From a virus, in the IMG/VR virus record IMGVR_UViG_3300032323_003754, positions 19,214 to 83,213 of that record: a DNA stretch of 64,000 bases; one strand, written 5' to 3'. Made by a program: the position numbers and the translations under genes. The notes under the pieces were generated by a model that made no database searches, was not told where the DNA came from, and was given only the letters and a program-made list of their open reading frames with translations. Shown here piece by piece: positions 60,088 to 64,000 of the stretch (the first letter of the stretch is position 1; each line of letters opens with the position of its first letter).

Positions 60088-60447
60088 ATGCCTACAAGAA
60101 TTTATTCACCAGCAACTAGACTTCTAGACATCTACAATGGTTTAGATTTATTTCTAGGAAACAACATCAAGGAAGAAACCCCAATTCTTTCTTTTGATGT
60201 ACCAGGATTTTCTAAAGATGATCTTTCTGTTGTAATAGATCAGGACGAATCACTTTTAACTATTAAGGGGGAGAAAGAGATCAACGGTAGAGTAAGAACA
60301 ATCAATAAAAGTATTAGGGATTACCTGTTCAGAAACCTTGATCTAAAGAAAATAGAAGCGAAGGTAGAGAATGGGGTTCTGACCATTGATTTAAGAGATG
60401 CTGAAGACAAGAACAAATTGAGAAAAAAAGAAATTTCTCTTAATTAA
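60088..60447 (+). CDS. Small heat-shock protein (Hsp20/alpha-crystallin)
   Basis: DVPGFSKDDL..LTIKGEK..IEAKVENGVLTI. Confidence 0.9.
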   Translation: MPTRIYSPATRLLDIYNGLDLFLGNNIKEETPILSFDVPGFSKDDLSVVIDQDESLLTIKGEKEINGRVRTINKSIRDYLFRNLDLKKIEAKVENGVLTIDLRDAEDKNKLRKKEISLN

Positions 60448-60453
60448 ATCCTT

Positions 60454-60461
60454 TATATTTG
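60454..60461 (+). promoter_or_regulatory. Bacteroidota sigma70 -7 element TAnnTTTG
   Basis: Exact TATATTTG 4 nt before the GTG start at 60466. Confidence 0.45.
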
Positions 60462-60465
60462 GTGT

Positions 60466-60855
60466 GTGGAAAAACTCGATTTAATACAGACGCACTACGA
60501 AGATGATCCGTGGAAGATAATGATTTCATGTATTCTTCTAAATCAAACTTCTAATGTTCAGGTAAGACCTGTTATTAAAAAGTTTTTTGAGATTTTTCCC
60601 ACACCAAATTCTTTAAACGAATCACACCAAAATTTAATCTCTTCGATTCTACAACCAACGGGCTTTCAAAACGTCAAGGCCAAGAGAATCATTAATTTCA
60701 CCAATGTCTGGAATTTGGGGGAAAGAGATCCGAATAAATTTCCAGGTATCGGTCCATATGGTAGGGACTCTTGGAAGATATTCATAGAGGGAAAAACAGA
60801 TTTTAGTCCTGCGGATAAAAAACTATCTGCCTACCTACTCCAGTTAAATTCATAA
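60466..60855 (+). CDS. HhH-GPD DNA glycosylase, MBD4-like
   Basis: DPWKIMISCILLNQTS, FPTP, PGIGPYGRDSWKIF, P.DKKL..Y resemble the MBD4 glycosylase domain. Confidence 0.8.
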   Translation: MEKLDLIQTHYEDDPWKIMISCILLNQTSNVQVRPVIKKFFEIFPTPNSLNESHQNLISSILQPTGFQNVKAKRIINFTNVWNLGERDPNKFPGIGPYGRDSWKIFIEGKTDFSPADKKLSAYLLQLNS

Positions 60856-60909
60856 AATCGAATTCATTTACTGAAACTACCTTTGTTATTTTGCGTATAA
60901 CAAAGGAAT

Positions 60910-62319
60910 ATGATAATCGACATTGAAAATCTCGGGGAAAGCTTAAGGGTTTCCCACTACACGGAGGAAGGTGATTTAGCCTACCTAGATTTAAAGATAC
61001 CACAATCTGAAAGATACACGTGGAGAAAGTGTTCAGCTGCTGATAGGAGTCGGGAAAAAGGTTGGGCTTCTTGGGACGGTTTTCCTGTTAAGAAGCAATC
61101 AACTTTGAAGTACGACAAATATCGGCAAGTTGAATTACTTGAATCCTTCGATCGGGATATTACAAAACCCCTTTGGGAAACACAAACCCCTAAAAAATAC
61201 TTTGTCGATATTGAGGTTGAGATCACGGACAATCGTGCGGATTCTCTAGATACCTTACGTGCTAACAACAAAGTTCTCACAATTGCAATTGCATCATCAA
61301 CAGGAAAGATTCTAGTTCTTGGTTTAGATAAAATGGATTCTCCAAAAATTCTAAACATCGAGAAAAGAGTTAATGATCATTTTAAGGATCTTCCTTACGA
61401 TACTAAATGGACTTTCAATTACAGATCTTTTGAAAGTGAGTTTGATATGATTTACACGTTCATGTCTAAGCTCATGCATAAAATGCCTCTAATCACTGGA
61501 TGGAACTGGTTTGGATATGACTGGCCTTATTTAAGTAATCGTGCTAGGAAATTAGGTATTGATCCTAAGATATCTTCACCAAGCGGTGTACTACTAGGAA
61601 AGGATCAAATCCCGATGCACGTATTAATGGTCGATTATATTCAGATCTATAAGAAATGGGATAGAGTAATTAAAATTAGAGAATCAGATTCATTAGCATA
61701 CGTTTCTAATGCAGCACTAGGAGTTTCTAAAATTACATACAATGGAACTTTAAAAGATTTGTATGAATCTGATTTCGAGACTTATATTTTTTATAATGCA
61801 ATTGACTCCTGTCTAGTACATTATATTGACCAGAAGCTAAATACGCTTGCTACGTTCTTTAAAATAGCAAATGTAAGCGGTGTAGAAATTAACAGAGCAC
61901 TTTCTCCCGTTTGGACAACGGAGGTATTAATGCTTCGAAAATTCAGAGAAAGAAATCGTGTTATTGTATACGACAGAAAGGATGAAGAGCATACTAGATT
62001 CGAAGGAGCATATGTTAAACAACCAATAAAGGGTTTACATGAATGGGTTGTCTGCTTTGACTTTGCATCACTATATCCAAACACAATGATGCAATGGGGT
62101 TTGTCTCCTGAAATATTCATAGGTAAAAATCTAGCAAATCCACCAGAAGGAGCAATCAAAACTGCAGGAGGTGCATACTTCTTACCAAAGCAAGGCGAAG
62201 AACCAATACTGAGGGACGTTCTTACCACACTATATTCCATGAGAAAATCTGCAAAGAAAAAATACCTCGAGTGTGAAACAAAAATAATGGAATTACAAGA
62301 AATATTAAAATCAAAATAA
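60910..62319 (+). CDS. Family B DNA polymerase, N-terminal subunit (3'-5' exonuclease + motif A) of a split gp43
   Basis: ExoI DIEV, ExoII GWN..YDWPYL, ExoIII YNAID, motif A DFASLYP; stops in the fingers before motifs B and C. Confidence 0.88.
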   Translation: MIIDIENLGESLRVSHYTEEGDLAYLDLKIPQSERYTWRKCSAADRSREKGWASWDGFPVKKQSTLKYDKYRQVELLESFDRDITKPLWETQTPKKYFVDIEVEITDNRADSLDTLRANNKVLTIAIASSTGKILVLGLDKMDSPKILNIEKRVNDHFKDLPYDTKWTFNYRSFESEFDMIYTFMSKLMHKMPLITGWNWFGYDWPYLSNRARKLGIDPKISSPSGVLLGKDQIPMHVLMVDYIQIYKKWDRVIKIRESDSLAYVSNAALGVSKITYNGTLKDLYESDFETYIFYNAIDSCLVHYIDQKLNTLATFFKIANVSGVEINRALSPVWTTEVLMLRKFRERNRVIVYDRKDEEHTRFEGAYVKQPIKGLHEWVVCFDFASLYPNTMMQWGLSPEIFIGKNLANPPEGAIKTAGGAYFLPKQGEEPILRDVLTTLYSMRKSAKKKYLECETKIMELQEILKSK

Positions 62320-62321
62320 TC

Positions 62322-62801
62322 ATGGCAAACGTAGACAATTCATGTTCTCATTTAGAAGTGGAAGACGTATTTACTGAATCCCAAAATACATTAGCAGATC
62401 TTTACAATTTACAAAAGGATATACAAGAAAATGTATATGGTTACGATTTCGATCAGCTTAGATCTAAACCCCTTAATGAATTCCGTCAGTTTTTTGATTG
62501 GAATTATCATGCCATTCAGGATGAACTCAGGGAAACGTTTGATGCTCTTGGAGGTATTAAAGATGGTATAGGTAATGGTGTATGGAAACCTTGGAAAAAG
62601 TCATATCATGAAAAAGCCCCGGAGATGAGTTTTAATTCTCTGAGTGAATCTGATAAAAAAGAATTACAGATGGAATTGATCGATATTCAACACTTTCTTT
62701 TTAATATGATGCTAGCATCTGGATTAACCCCTGCTGATCTAATGAATATGTATTTTGCAAAAAATAAAGAAAATAGAGAGAGACAAAAAAGAGGATACTA
62801 G
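62322..62801 (+). CDS. All-alpha dimeric dUTPase/dCTPase (T4 gp56-like)
   Basis: DELRE, WKPWKK, MELIDIQHF, Y.AKNKENRERQ..GY. Confidence 0.85.
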   Translation: MANVDNSCSHLEVEDVFTESQNTLADLYNLQKDIQENVYGYDFDQLRSKPLNEFRQFFDWNYHAIQDELRETFDALGGIKDGIGNGVWKPWKKSYHEKAPEMSFNSLSESDKKELQMELIDIQHFLFNMMLASGLTPADLMNMYFAKNKENRERQKRGY

Positions 62802-62833
62802 GGCATAATAATGCCAATAAATTAATCATTTAC

Positions 62834-62862
62834 AAAAGAAGACCGTATGGTCTTCTTTTTTT
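62834..62862 (+). terminator. Rho-independent terminator (possibly bidirectional)
   Basis: aaaagaagacc-gtat-ggtcttctttt plus T tract. Confidence 0.88.
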
Positions 62863-62894
62863 GCCTTTAAATATATCTTAACCAAATTCACTAT

Positions 62895-62902
62895 GATATA
62901 TA
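62895..62902 (+). promoter_or_regulatory. Putative phage late promoter GATATATA
   Basis: Octamer 22 nt before TTG 62925. Confidence 0.5.
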
Positions 62903-62924
62903 GGGTTGAATAAAAGTACTAGAG

Positions 62925-64000
<1,076 letters not shown>

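Noticed and set aside
374-62240. Many short antisense or nested ORFs (e.g. 374-712, 5821-6153, 48964-49416, 61821-62240)
   Set aside because: Lie within or across longer genes with recognisable motifs or coherent context and show no motifs of their own
62280-62330. Intron or intein explaining the truncated polymerase
   Set aside because: The next gene is an intact dUTPase-like ORF starting 2 nt later; no splicing motifs or downstream polymerase exon seen

Overview
Gene-dense, AT-rich 64-kb segment of a large (jumbo/huge) T4-like myophage genome, read in the standard genetic code and almost entirely on the + strand. The host is probably Bacteroidota: there are TAnnTTTG-type promoters, A-rich starts without Shine-Dalgarno, and Hc1-like and DUF4494-like genes. 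About 1-44 kb is a baseplate/neck/tail-fibre module (gp53-, hub-, gp5-, gp13-, gp25-, gp6-, gp7- and gp3-like genes, giant structural proteins, a collagen/tail-collar/PT-repeat fibre), interrupted by a ribosomal-protein-S1-like gene, an amidoligase-like gene and phoH. About 44-50 kb holds a glycosyltransferase, a RuvC-like resolvase, gp32, primase, UvsY and UvsW. About 50-63 kb holds a ligase/cytidyltransferase fusion, a split metallopeptidase/VWA pair with a MoxR ATPase, small proteins, Hsp20, an MBD4-like glycosylase, the N-terminal half of a split family-B polymerase and a dUTPase/dCTPase. The window ends in a truncated collagen-like gene. The most striking candidate system is a plant HPAT/SGT-like (GT95/GT96) glycosyltransferase near extensin-like and Ser/Thr-rich collagen virion proteins. 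All family assignments come from motif recognition by eye; no database searches were run.
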